Positions 1-10,002 of a stretch of 64,000 nt of DNA are shown in pieces. The position numbers and the translations under genes are program-made. The DNA lies in contig JAWCDE010000005.1 of assembly GCA_038861395.1 (NCBI GenBank), positions 5,022 through 69,021 on the forward strand, in the 5' to 3' direction. Below the pieces are notes generated by a model, which was not told the origin of the DNA, searched no databases, and worked only from the letters and a program-made list of their open reading frames with translations. The stretch comes from Thermoproteota archaeon. GTDB taxonomy: Archaea; Thermoproteota; EX4484-205; JAAOZP01. The first letter of the stretch is position 1; each line of letters begins with the position of its first letter.

Positions 1-22
1 TTGAAACGGCTGTCGAGCTAAA

Positions 23-766
23 ATGATAGAGGAAGTAAAGTTTGAAAATGTTACTTTCGGGTACAATCCGGGGATGCCTGTTTTAAAAGGGATTAGCTTC
101 ACACTCACACGGGAGAAGAGGCTAGCTATAGTTGGTCCTACAGGTGCTGGTAAGTCAACAATAATAAATCTCCTTGCTCGATTCTACGATCCAGATGATG
201 GAAGGATCCTTGTAAATGGTCATGATTTAAGAAACATAAGAATCCAGTCTTGGAGGTCTAAGCTGAGCATAGTTCTTCAAGACTCCTTCTTGTTTCCGAT
301 GAGTGTAAGGGAAAACATTAGGTTTGGTAAGCCCAATGCTTCAGACGAGGAGGTTATTGATGCCGCGAAGGCTGTTGGAGCCCATGAATTTATAATGAAA
401 TTGCCCAATGGCTATGACTATATGATTCAAGAAGGGTCTTCAAACATTTCTATTGGGCAAAGACAGTTGATAAGTTTCGCGAGAACACTGCTTGTTAATC
501 CCGAGCTGCTTGTTTTAGATGAAGCTACTTCTTCAATAGACCCCTATACTGAGTTACTCATACAAAGGGCTTTGAAAAAGCTTCTCTCGGGTAGGATGGC
601 AATAATAATTGCTCACAGGCTTTCCACAATACGTTTATGCGATGAGATAATAGTTCTCAATAATGGGATTATCGTGGAGAAGGGTACGCATGAAGAGCTT
701 ATGAGTAAAGGAGGATTATACAGCTCTTTCTATAGGTTACAGTTTGTAGAAGAAAAAGGAGTTTAA
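23..766 (+). CDS. ABC transporter ATP-binding domain (ABCB/MsbA-type exporter NBD); probably the C-terminal part of, or partner to, a gene starting left of the window
   Basis: Walker A GPTGAGKS, Q-loop VLQD, signature ISIGQRQ, Walker B LVLDEATS, H-loop IAHRLSTI. ATG at 23 overlaps the TGA (24-26) of an upstream frame reading ETAVELK. Confidence 0.9.
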   Translation: MIEEVKFENVTFGYNPGMPVLKGISFTLTREKRLAIVGPTGAGKSTIINLLARFYDPDDGRILVNGHDLRNIRIQSWRSKLSIVLQDSFLFPMSVRENIRFGKPNASDEEVIDAAKAVGAHEFIMKLPNGYDYMIQEGSSNISIGQRQLISFARTLLVNPELLVLDEATSSIDPYTELLIQRALKKLLSGRMAIIIAHRLSTIRLCDEIIVLNNGIIVEKGTHEELMSKGGLYSSFYRLQFVEEKGV

Positions 767-832
767 ATAGAAAAAGCCCGGTCGATGTAAAATTTTAAAA
801 AACCGTTCTAAAATGCTTACCGCGGAGGTGCC

Positions 833-2200
833 TTGGCTGGGGTTAGGGAGATATCTGAGTCATTAAGGGAATGGGAGCGGATTGCAGCACACTCGCATAT
901 AACTGGCTTAGGCTTAGACGGCTTGAAGGCAAAGCCTGTTGGAGGCGGTCTCGTCGGGCAGATAGAAGCCAGAGAAGCTGCTGGAATAGTCGTAAGGCTG
1001 ATAAAGGAGGGTAAGTTCGCTGGTAGAGCTGTCTTGCTTGCTGGGCCCCCTGGAACTGGTAAGACTGCGATCGCTACGGCAATAGCTAGAGAACTCGGCA
1101 GGGATGTTCCGTTCGTACCGTTGGCTGCTAGCGAAATATTCTCCACAGATATTAAGAAGACGGAGTTCCTGATGCAGACTCTGAGGAAGGCTATAGGTGC
1201 GAGGATACATGAGATTAGAAAGATATACGAGGGGGAGGTTAAGGAGATCTCTATAGAGAAGGCCCCTCACCCTTACAATCCATATCAGCAGATACCTGCA
1301 GGTGCCACTATAAAGATCGCTACCACTGATGAATCTAAGAGACTGACGATGGACCAGAGCTTTGCTATCCAGCTGATACAACAGGGCATAGAGACTGGTG
1401 ACATTGTTCAGATAGATCCTGAAGGCGGGAGAATCGTTAAGCTTGGGAAAAGTAGGAAGAGCGTTGAGGAGAAGAAAGTCGACCTCTCTACGGCTCAAGT
1501 CCTAGATGTTCCAAACGGTGCTGTCCTTAAAGAGAAGGAGTTCGTATACCCCGTTACACTACATGCCTTAGACATGGCTGCAGCTAGGCGTGGCGGAGAC
1601 ATATTCAGCATATTCTTCGGTGGAAGGGAGTCGAAGGAGATAGAACCTGAAACTAGAAGGGAAGTCGATGAGTATATTAAGACGCTTGTGCAAGAAGGTA
1701 GGTGTGAGCTATTGCCCGGAGTTGTTTTCATCGATGAATGCAGTATGCTCGACGTTGAGACTTTCGCTTTTCTAAACAGAGCACTTGAACAAGAGCTAGC
1801 GCCGATAATAATATTCGCAACGAACAGAGGTTTCTCCACGGTGAGAGGCACGGATATGAGAGCCCCTCATGGAATGCCGCTTGACCTCCTCGATAGGCTT
1901 CTAATAATAAACACCAAGCCTTACAGCAAAGATGAAATAAGGAAGATCCTTGAGATAAGAGCGAAGGCAGAGAAAATACCCATAAGCCAAGAGGCTCTAG
2001 ACTATCTGACCGAGATAGGTGCTGAAACCAGCTTAAGGTATGCTGTTCAGTTAATGGCTCCGTCCTACGAGCTTGCTAAGGATAGGAATTCTGAGAGGAT
2101 AGAGAAGGAGCACGTAAGCTATGTCGAGAAGCTTTTCGTTGATGTTAAGAAGTCTGTTGAGTATTTGAGAGAGTATGAGAAGCAGTTTCTAGATTTTTAA
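833..2200 (+). CDS. tip49: TIP49/RuvB-like (RUVBL) AAA+ ATPase
   Basis: AAHSHITGLGL, GLVGQ.EAREAAG, Walker A GPPGTGKT, PGVVFIDEC, ATNRG, PHGMPLDLLDR; GGAGGTG SD before the TTG start. Confidence 0.95.
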   Translation: MAGVREISESLREWERIAAHSHITGLGLDGLKAKPVGGGLVGQIEAREAAGIVVRLIKEGKFAGRAVLLAGPPGTGKTAIATAIARELGRDVPFVPLAASEIFSTDIKKTEFLMQTLRKAIGARIHEIRKIYEGEVKEISIEKAPHPYNPYQQIPAGATIKIATTDESKRLTMDQSFAIQLIQQGIETGDIVQIDPEGGRIVKLGKSRKSVEEKKVDLSTAQVLDVPNGAVLKEKEFVYPVTLHALDMAAARRGGDIFSIFFGGRESKEIEPETRREVDEYIKTLVQEGRCELLPGVVFIDECSMLDVETFAFLNRALEQELAPIIIFATNRGFSTVRGTDMRAPHGMPLDLLDRLLIINTKPYSKDEIRKILEIRAKAEKIPISQEALDYLTEIGAETSLRYAVQLMAPSYELAKDRNSERIEKEHVSYVEKLFVDVKKSVEYLREYEKQFLDF

Positions 2201-2214
2201 ACCAACGTGCGACG

Positions 2215-2688
2215 ATGCCAGTTACATGGGTGTTGGATAATGTTATCGCAGCATCGCCAATAGCCAAGAGCATTGACGATGTCGAGTCATGGAAGAAAGC
2301 TGGTTTAAAGGCTATTGCAGTTTTAGCGGAGCCTCAGGAGATTGCAAGATATTGGGGAAATGTTAGTAACTATTTCAAGGCTTTGAAGGATAAGGGTTTC
2401 GAATTCACCTACAGCCCTATTAGAGATTTTCATGCTCCTGATTTAATCCAATTGGAAAACTTAGTTGAATGGATTGATGCGAGGGTTAAGTTAAATAAAC
2501 CAGTGCTTGTCCACTGTCGTGCCGGGATAGGTAGAACTGGTACAATAATAGCCGCATATTTAGTTAAGAAGGGTTACGCGGTGGAAGACGCGATTTCTAC
2601 GGTTAGGAGAGTAATCACATTAGCGTTGGAAGTTGATGAGCAAGTATCCATAGTATACGAGTATCACGAGGCTCTTAGGTCTCGTTAG
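2215..2688 (+). CDS. Dual-specificity / protein-tyrosine phosphatase
   Basis: CX5R loop VHCRAGIGRTG; PIRDFHAP acid loop. Confidence 0.9.
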   Translation: MPVTWVLDNVIAASPIAKSIDDVESWKKAGLKAIAVLAEPQEIARYWGNVSNYFKALKDKGFEFTYSPIRDFHAPDLIQLENLVEWIDARVKLNKPVLVHCRAGIGRTGTIIAAYLVKKGYAVEDAISTVRRVITLALEVDEQVSIVYEYHEALRSR

Positions 2689-2703
2689 AATGTAGTCTTC
2701 CAG

Positions 2704-3981
2704 TTATTTTTTCTCTGCGAGTTCTTTAATGAGCTCTTGAGCTCTATCGAACCTTATCTTACCTTCTTTCACCATTTGCTCAGCAACTTTCTCAATGAGC
2801 TCTCCAGTAGCACCAGCCATTATCGCTATGTTTCTTGCGTGAAGACGCATATGGCCCGCTTGAATTCCTTCAAGAGCGAGCGCCCTAAGTGCAGCAAGAT
2901 TCTGTGCTAATCCTACAGCACCCATTACCCTCGCTAATTCAACAGCGGTTTTGATTCCGAGTATTTTAATAGCTATTTTAGCAACGGGATGAGTCTTAGT
3001 AGCACCACCTATTATTCCTACTGCCATTGGCATTTCCAATGTTCCAACTAAGTCGCCATTCTTGTCTTTTTCCCAGACGCTTAAAGGGAGATACTTGCCT
3101 GTTCTAGCAGCATAAGCATGTGCTCCTGCTTCTATAGCCCTATGGTCTTGTCCAGTAGCGAGGGCCACTGCTATAACTCCGTTCATTATCCCCTTATTGT
3201 GAGTGGCAGCCCGATATGGATCGCATGCCGCTAGGGCCCACGCCGTTACTATAGCATCAACAGCTTCCTCTCCTCCCAATTCTTCCTTTGCTACTGTTGT
3301 TCTCGCTCTAACAATCCTCCTGTCTGCAAGGTTTGATATTATCCTAAGGCATACTTTACCTCCAGTAATTCTTTCTATAAGAGGAGCGACAGCTTCGCAC
3401 ATTGTGTTTACAGCATTGGCACCCATGGCGTCTCTTACATCAACTAAAAGATGGGTTACAACCATTGGCCCTACCGGGCTTTCTAATACTCTAACTTCAA
3501 GGTCTCTTGCCCCTCCCCCGAACTTCGCAAGGACGGGATCTTGATCGTTGGCTAGCTTAAGTATCTCGTCCTTATGCTCTAAGATCTTCATTTTAGCTGA
3601 AAAAGGGTCGCTTACTCTTGTAAGTTGTACCTGTCCTATCATTATTGGGTCTGTTGCTTCTGTGAATATTCCGCCTTTGCTTCTTGTCATTTTGGCAGCG
3701 TTGCTAGCAGCGGCCACAACGGAAGTTTCCTCAATCACCATGGGTATGATATACTCCTTATTGTCTATAAGGAAGTTTAAAGCAACCGAGAAGGGATAGG
3801 CCATCGTGCCTATGACGTTTTCAACCATCCTGTCAGCTATTTCCAGACTTAGATTCCCCTCTTTAGATAGTAGGTTAATCTCGTCCTCAGATAAGCCGGC
3901 TAACTCAGCTATCTTCCTCCGCCTCTCGTCAATACTAAAATTGTAAAATCCAGGTATTCTCGATGTTCCAATCATGGTCAT
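2704..3981 (-). CDS. hmgA: Hydroxymethylglutaryl-CoA reductase, class II (bacterial/degradative type)
   Basis: ENVIG, EETSVVAAAS, DAMGANAVNT, RAATHNKGIMNG, GIQAGHMRLH. Confidence 0.95.
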   Translation of the reverse strand: MTMIGTSRIPGFYNFSIDERRRKIAELAGLSEDEINLLSKEGNLSLEIADRMVENVIGTMAYPFSVALNFLIDNKEYIIPMVIEETSVVAAASNAAKMTRSKGGIFTEATDPIMIGQVQLTRVSDPFSAKMKILEHKDEILKLANDQDPVLAKFGGGARDLEVRVLESPVGPMVVTHLLVDVRDAMGANAVNTMCEAVAPLIERITGGKVCLRIISNLADRRIVRARTTVAKEELGGEEAVDAIVTAWALAACDPYRAATHNKGIMNGVIAVALATGQDHRAIEAGAHAYAARTGKYLPLSVWEKDKNGDLVGTLEMPMAVGIIGGATKTHPVAKIAIKILGIKTAVELARVMGAVGLAQNLAALRALALEGIQAGHMRLHARNIAIMAGATGELIEKVAEQMVKEGKIRFDRAQELIKELAEKK

Positions 3982-4256
3982 TATTTTACAACAAGTTGTT
4001 AAAAAAAGTTCTGTTTTAGGAAACTATCAGGAAGCATATGATCGAAAACTGTCTCATGTAGTAAAAAATTCAGTAATGAGTCAGAATACTCTGGAATGCC
4101 TAAAAGTGGTTAGAGGATTAGAAAATTCTCTCATCTCCCATACGAATAATTTACATGTTTCAAGCAACTCTTTTAAAATGAACGTATTCTTAAACCTTCC
4201 TTCTATCATAAAATCTTAAATATCCTTTTTAGGATTATTATTGCGAGGTAATTCGA

Positions 4257-5657
4257 ATGGATTCCCCCCAAGGAACCCCTGTTATCCTGAAGTGTAGAAT
4301 ACCGGAGCTAGAGATAGAGGAGGGCAGTAGCGTTTCAGAACAAGACATTGATATGTTTGAAAATATATTTAAAGAATTCTTAGAAGCTGAGCATAAAAGA
4401 CTACTTATGCCCCCGTTATTCATTTTAGACGTTTCTAAAAAACTAGGATCTGCTGAAGCACGTAGGGAAATAAAAATAGTTCCTCTAGACGATGTTACGG
4501 TTGCACTGACCGGCCATCCTCTAATCCTCTTAACTTCCTATTCTAGCGGAATACATGGAGTAGCCCATATACGTCAGCTGAGCCATCTTGAAGTCATGCG
4601 TAGGTACGTGGATGCGGAATTAGCAATCTATGCTTTAATGTCCGTGCTTAAAACTAGCATAAGTCAGGGTCTAGAGTCATTGGTAAGATCAGGAATAGGA
4701 AAGTCTAAAGGATTATCCGTTGAAAGCGTTGAGTTCAGGGATCTGCTCTTTAACATGAAGGAATCTATCCCCTATTTGCCGTTTAAAATCGATAGGGATA
4801 GGCTTATCCTCTTGGAATCCGTATCGCTACTGGATCAGTTATTAGCATTGGAAAAGCCTGGGGTTAAAAAGCTTAGAGACAACGTGAAGGAAAGTATTCG
4901 TAACAATATTAATACAAGAATTGTAAAGATACTTACTGCAGACCCTGAAAAATCGCTTTACTGGGAGTCCATGGAACTTGCTTCCAGCCTCAGTGAAATA
5001 CTGCCGGAATCGTACCTTAATGTAATGCTTTATGCAAGCTACTTTACGGACCTCGGAGCTCAAGGCCTTCTGTCCTTGGCTAGCAAGATTGCTAAGCAAG
5101 AAAACAAGGTGAAAGTTCTAGCTATAGTTGAAAAGGAGGCGAAGGGTGGAGGAAACCGCCTGGAACTGGTCTTCGAATATAATATTTTCGACTACGAGGA
5201 CTTGGTTAGACACAAGGAGAACCTACTTAGGATAATCGACGATGCTCTAGAGATATGTAGGAAGGGTAGACCTTCTGATAGGATGAGATATATAAGGAAT
5301 AAGATAGATAGTGCTAAGGCTCCCTCTGAACTCCAAATGCTCTGCGACAATTTTTCACAAACTATTTTCAGCCAAAGCCTTGCTCCCAATCAGCCTCCTA
5401 CATACTATATTCATGCAAACGGCTTTTCCTACAATAAGGAAGACGTGATGCTTTTTTCATCTTTCTTTGCAGATTTAACTATTACATTAAATGTTTTGAA
5501 TACCATGTTGGATTCGCTGGAGAGTGGGGGTAATTTAAAGAAGGCTATAGAGAGTGCAATACGCTGCCCCTTCAGGAGGGCCCCTCAAATGAAATGCGTC
5601 TGGAAGCCTGAATGCGACCATGAGAGGGTTTGGTTTGATGCTATTTACGGCCCTTGA
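4257..5657 (+). CDS. Hypothetical protein (466 aa), first gene of the MoxR/vWA cluster
   Basis: Long ORF, co-directional with the downstream cluster; no family recognised; C-terminal Cys-containing tail CPF...C...C.H. Confidence 0.7.
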   Translation: MDSPQGTPVILKCRIPELEIEEGSSVSEQDIDMFENIFKEFLEAEHKRLLMPPLFILDVSKKLGSAEARREIKIVPLDDVTVALTGHPLILLTSYSSGIHGVAHIRQLSHLEVMRRYVDAELAIYALMSVLKTSISQGLESLVRSGIGKSKGLSVESVEFRDLLFNMKESIPYLPFKIDRDRLILLESVSLLDQLLALEKPGVKKLRDNVKESIRNNINTRIVKILTADPEKSLYWESMELASSLSEILPESYLNVMLYASYFTDLGAQGLLSLASKIAKQENKVKVLAIVEKEAKGGGNRLELVFEYNIFDYEDLVRHKENLLRIIDDALEICRKGRPSDRMRYIRNKIDSAKAPSELQMLCDNFSQTIFSQSLAPNQPPTYYIHANGFSYNKEDVMLFSSFFADLTITLNVLNTMLDSLESGGNLKKAIESAIRCPFRRAPQMKCVWKPECDHERVWFDAIYGP

Positions 5658-5736
5658 AATCAGTTTAAAGTATTCTAAGGGAATAACTGCTTAACCGGCA
5701 CTACTGCAAGGTTCTCGTTTATCAGAAGTATAACAA

Positions 5737-6087
5737 ATGCTTAAAAGACCTCTGGGAATCAAGCATTCTATGCTAGAAAATGAGAGTTTCAGAAGGTTTT
5801 TGAAGGAAAAGTCTCTAAATATAAAAGTGGGGAGATACGGGGAAATTATTTCTTGGGAGGAGTCTGTAGAAAGCGGAAAACATTCTTTCACAGGCTTTCT
5901 AGAATTTGCCTACTCTAAGAAAACCTCAGGGGAATACATATACTTGGATAGGAGTACCGCATTCGATATTTTAGACAGAATAAACTGGATGGATGGGAAA
6001 ATAAAAAGCCTGCGGAAAAGACTAAGGATCCTTACTTTACTTCTCCTACTCGCTCTAATGTTTGCTGCATGGGGCTGGTTGACATGA
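5737..6087 (+). CDS. Small protein with C-terminal transmembrane anchor
   Basis: Basic stretch then LRILTLLLLLALMFAAWGWL; stop overlaps the next start (ATGA 6084-6087). Confidence 0.7.
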   Translation: MLKRPLGIKHSMLENESFRRFLKEKSLNIKVGRYGEIISWEESVESGKHSFTGFLEFAYSKKTSGEYIYLDRSTAFDILDRINWMDGKIKSLRKRLRILTLLLLLALMFAAWGWLT

Positions 6088-7289
6088 GTAATGAGAAAGC
6101 TCTTGTAGAAAGGTTTATGGAAGAATTGATGAAAAGGTTTATCGGAAACAAGGAAGTCATTCCAATACTAGTATTAAACCTCCTGCACAGGAGGTCTACA
6201 ACGCTAATAAGAGCTCCTAGGGGAACGGGGAAGTCTACGCTCATGCTACTTGTTCTGAAAGGGCTTTTCGGAGAAGATTTTATTGTTATCTCAGGTTCTT
6301 CAGAGGTTAAAAGAGGAGAAGTTGTTGGTAGGCTTCACATTCCTTCACTTGAGAAAAAAGGCATGGAGAAGGTTCTCTGGGCTAGGTTCGTACAGGCACC
6401 GGGGAAGGGTATAGATGAGGTTAACAGGCTTAATCCCTACACTACTGCAAACATTCACCACCTTATGCAGTTTGGAGAAGTATGGGCATACGGTCAGAGA
6501 TATACTGTGGATGATTACACGCTAATAGCTAATGAGAACCCTCATGACACAACAACTTTCATCCAGCCTCCGCCATTCTACGATAGGTTTGACGTAGTGA
6601 TATATTTGAACTCTCTTACCGTAAGTCAAAAATTTGCTCTCCAAGAGTTGAACCATCTTTACAGCTACAATTTGGTTGATTCCATGCCGCATGTAATAAG
6701 TTCTGAAGACCTCTGTAAAATAAGGATGGGAGTTGAGAATACTGAGGTAGAACCTGCAATAGTTGGTTTCATCAATACTTTGATCAGAGATTTTCAAGTA
6801 TGCGTGAAGGGTAAGGAACACAGTAACTCCCCCTTACCCCTCTTATGCGAAGGCTGCCATTTCACCAGATTTGTTTGCAGCAGGGTCAAGGAGCCGCCTA
6901 GCGAAAGAGCTACGATCGTTCTCCTTCAGTTAGCCAAGGCTAAGAAGTGGCTTGATGGAAAAGTTGACGAGGAAGATATCCTCAGAATGGCTAAGTGGGT
7001 ACTAGTACACAGAACCGGCTTAATGAATACTGAGAAACCGTTAACAGAAATCGATGAATTGCTTGAAAGGGAAAGAGAGAGAATGTTTGAAAGGGAATCA
7101 AGGAAGCAATGGTTCATTCTTAACGAGCTTTACAATAATTTCAGCCCAGGTCTTTATAAGGTGGCTAAGGAAATAGCTGCAGAGGACAACGTTTTTGCTG
7201 AAGAGCTTTTCAACCTTGAGGAGAAATGGGTTAGGGAGGGAAAGATTAGCAGAGAAGAAACATTGAAAGTAGGGCTTGGTATAGATTGA
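6084..7289 (+). CDS. MoxR-family AAA+ ATPase
   Basis: Walker A APRGTGKS, Walker B IDEVNR, sensor ANENP, arginine finger YDRF; Cys cluster C...CEGC...C in the lid. Start taken at the ATGA overlap. Confidence 0.85.
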   Translation: MSNEKALVERFMEELMKRFIGNKEVIPILVLNLLHRRSTTLIRAPRGTGKSTLMLLVLKGLFGEDFIVISGSSEVKRGEVVGRLHIPSLEKKGMEKVLWARFVQAPGKGIDEVNRLNPYTTANIHHLMQFGEVWAYGQRYTVDDYTLIANENPHDTTTFIQPPPFYDRFDVVIYLNSLTVSQKFALQELNHLYSYNLVDSMPHVISSEDLCKIRMGVENTEVEPAIVGFINTLIRDFQVCVKGKEHSNSPLPLLCEGCHFTRFVCSRVKEPPSERATIVLLQLAKAKKWLDGKVDEEDILRMAKWVLVHRTGLMNTEKPLTEIDELLERERERMFERESRKQWFILNELYNNFSPGLYKVAKEIAAEDNVFAEELFNLEEKWVREGKISREETLKVGLGID

Positions 7290-9007
7290 AATTAGATGAT
7301 GCTAAAATAAGGAGAATTTTTGCACAGGTCAGGAGCGAGCTCTACTTCCCGCCTTGCGAATTAGAAATAAAGGGAGATGAAGAAAAAGTTTCTCCCTTCT
7401 TCGTAGTCGGTTCTAAAGTCCATATTTCTCCCAAAGCTATTCCGAGGGGGGTTGATGAGGAGAAATATCTTTTATCAGTGATGAGGCATGAGGTGTCTCA
7501 TCTTCACTACTGCCCCTATGACATAAGGACGGCGCACGAGCTTGTCAAGGAAGCATACGGCTCTTGTAGAAGCTGGGATATCGCGTACTTTTCGCTTATG
7601 CTGTTCTCCGACTTAAATGTTGATTGCTTCTATCTTTTAAACAGGTTCGGCGAAATACCCTATCACGTAGACAGGTTTCTTAACACTCGTCAAAAAGGTA
7701 TCGGAAGATATGTGCAGGCGATTTACGGGCTTCTTTTGAAGAAGGCTCATAAAGAATATGGTTACGATGTTGAAAATGTCGCTAGACAGATAAGCATGGT
7801 CATGAAATCAGAGAGAAGCTGGTTTAGCAAAGTAAGCCTAATAGCTTCAATACTGTCATTGAATAAGGTAAAGGTAAGGATTCCAAGACGCTTAACCGGC
7901 TCCAACACCAGCATCCTCTTAAGAGAAGACCTAAGCAAGAAGGGGATTGAGAAGATAAGTGAGGTGATGGGTGGGATAAGGGATCGCGAGGAGGCAATGA
8001 AGTTCTATGAATATTGGATAAAACCCCGATTGAAAGACGTTGAGTCCGAGATTAAAAAGATAGTTAAGAAAAGCCGGAAGGGAGCGAGTGAGAAAAAAGG
8101 TGGCAGAGCCCCTGGTAGAATAAGTAGAGTTGGGGCTGAGACCGGTAGGGAGCCAAAGCTGTATACAAGCATGAGTAAGCCTTATTCCAGATTGTCTGAA
8201 GAAATTATCAAAAACCTGTTTTGGAAGATATTTTGGTATAGGGCTAGGGCAAAGAGGACAATGCTAATCTACTTGGAAGAGGGGAGAAGACCTGAGCCTA
8301 GTCTTTCAATATCAAGCTATCCGACAGACTGGAATATCGAGGACGAGGTTGAAGAGCTCGACTTAGAAGCCAGCTTAGATGAGGGAAAGCCGAGGATCGA
8401 AGTAAACATGGTGAAATGGGAAAACGAGATTAAGGGCACGGGGAGTAGTCTTACAGTAACGAGCATTCCTTCAAGCCTAATAGTTTTAGATGCGAGTAAG
8501 AGTATGGAGAATGTCTTCGATAATGCTGCAACCTCTGCCTTCATCAACCTGTTGTCTGCGGAAAGGGTTGGAGGCAAAACTGCATCCATAAGTTTCTCTA
8601 CGGACTATTACTCTGTGGATTGGCAGGGATCGATGCTTGAGAAAGAAATAGCATTATCGCTTTATTTTGGAAATATGACAATACTCCCACTCGGCAGGAT
8701 AATGGAGCTAGTTTCCGAGAGCGAGAACAGGGTTGTGATAAACGTAATAACAGATTGCGGTTGGCAGAATATTGAGGAAGCACTCCCCTTCTTGGAGCAG
8801 ATAGTCAAGAGAGGCCACGTGGTCAAAATATTCTACTTGCATGGAGGCGATTATCCGGAGAACCTGAAGAAAGTAAGCAGAGTTAGCGGTATAAGGATAA
8901 TCCCAGTTAGAGATCCTGAGAATGATTTACAATACCTAGTGGCTAGAGAGACCAGTGGAGACTATAGCCCAATGTTAGTATTTAAAAACCAGCCCGTTAT
9001 CACTTAA
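7286..9007 (+). CDS. HExxH metallopeptidase-like + von Willebrand factor A domain protein (MoxR partner)
   Basis: N-terminal RHEVSH; C-terminal MIDAS LIVLDASKSM ... VITD; overlaps the moxR stop. Confidence 0.8.
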   Translation: MKLDDAKIRRIFAQVRSELYFPPCELEIKGDEEKVSPFFVVGSKVHISPKAIPRGVDEEKYLLSVMRHEVSHLHYCPYDIRTAHELVKEAYGSCRSWDIAYFSLMLFSDLNVDCFYLLNRFGEIPYHVDRFLNTRQKGIGRYVQAIYGLLLKKAHKEYGYDVENVARQISMVMKSERSWFSKVSLIASILSLNKVKVRIPRRLTGSNTSILLREDLSKKGIEKISEVMGGIRDREEAMKFYEYWIKPRLKDVESEIKKIVKKSRKGASEKKGGRAPGRISRVGAETGREPKLYTSMSKPYSRLSEEIIKNLFWKIFWYRARAKRTMLIYLEEGRRPEPSLSISSYPTDWNIEDEVEELDLEASLDEGKPRIEVNMVKWENEIKGTGSSLTVTSIPSSLIVLDASKSMENVFDNAATSAFINLLSAERVGGKTASISFSTDYYSVDWQGSMLEKEIALSLYFGNMTILPLGRIMELVSESENRVVINVITDCGWQNIEEALPFLEQIVKRGHVVKIFYLHGGDYPENLKKVSRVSGIRIIPVRDPENDLQYLVARETSGDYSPMLVFKNQPVIT

Positions 9008-9085
9008 ACCGGTTGTTCGTATTTCTGGACACTTAGTCACAAACAATATTGTTAAAAACGCCTGCTGCTTTCATAGTAGTCGAAG

Positions 9086-9955
9086 ATGGAGGTTCCAAGC
9101 AAAAAACTGGTGGTAGTGCTAGGAATAATCGCAGTCACGGTCATAGGTGTTAACTTAACAATATTCCTACTACTATACTCTGTCTATTCCCATTCTACCA
9201 CAACCCTTAGCGTACAACCGGGTGTTCCACCATCCTATTTAGAATCTCCGGAGCTGGGGTTTAAAAGAGATCTCTCTCCATACGCTGGAGATACTCAGGT
9301 TGAGCTGGGGTTTAAAAAAATAAGCGTAACAGGTATAGGTGTAGCTAGGGCAAAACCTGACAGGGCTCTGATAAGTCTGAGCGTTATTACACAGGCGGGT
9401 AGTGCAGAGGAAGCGATTTCTGAGAATGCTGTCAAGATGGATCGCGTTACTAAAGCTCTTAAAACCATGGGAGTAACCGAGGAGCAGATGGAAACCTCTA
9501 CATACAGCTTAACCCCCCTCTTAGATTATTCCGATCGCAATTCGCCAAAGATTACTGGCTATACTTGTTCTAACACGATTAGGGTTACTGTCATGAATCT
9601 GAACAAGATAGGGGATATAATTGATAACGCGGTGTCTGCCGGCGCGAATCACATTTCCTCTCTCCAGTTCACGGTATCAGAGGAGAAATTGCGTCAATTG
9701 GGGCTGGAGGCATTGGGGAACGCTGTTAGGGATGCTGACTCGAAGGCTAAAGCTATAGCCGGTGCTACGGGAGTAACCTTAACAAGCCTGCTTTCAATAA
9801 GCGTCTTAAGCTATTCTCCGAATGTAGCGAGCTACTCTTTTGAATCAACCATTCCTGCTCCAACACCGATTACTGGAGTCTTATTGACACCAATACTCCC
9901 ACCGGGGGAGGTTAGCATAACGGTAAGCATCTCTGCAGTATATGAGTTCAGATAA
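9086..9955 (+). CDS. SIMPL (DUF541/YggE-like) domain protein, membrane anchored
   Basis: N-terminal TM; ISVTGIG...PDRA, AVSAGANHI, AVRDA..KA..IA, PGEVSITVSISAVYEF. Confidence 0.9.
   Translation: MEVPSKKLVVVLGIIAVTVIGVNLTIFLLLYSVYSHSTTTLSVQPGVPPSYLESPELGFKRDLSPYAGDTQVELGFKKISVTGIGVARAKPDRALISLSVITQAGSAEEAISENAVKMDRVTKALKTMGVTEEQMETSTYSLTPLLDYSDRNSPKITGYTCSNTIRVTVMNLNKIGDIIDNAVSAGANHISSLQFTVSEEKLRQLGLEALGNAVRDADSKAKAIAGATGVTLTSLLSISVLSYSPNVASYSFESTIPAPTPITGVLLTPILPPGEVSITVSISAVYEFR
9251..9317 (+). repeat. 16-bp perfect direct repeat GAGCTGGGGTTTAAAA, 51 bp apart, in frame within the SIMPL gene
   Basis: Copies at 9251-9266 and 9302-9317, both encoding ELGFK. Confidence 0.85.
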
Positions 9956-10002
9956 ATGTTTAATAATTTAGTTTTTATAATTCCACCGGTGTAATCTCCC
10001 GA

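Noticed and set aside
3974-4219. 81-aa ORF between hmgA and the MoxR cluster
   Set aside because: AT-rich divergent promoter region, overlaps the hmgA start, no protein-like features.
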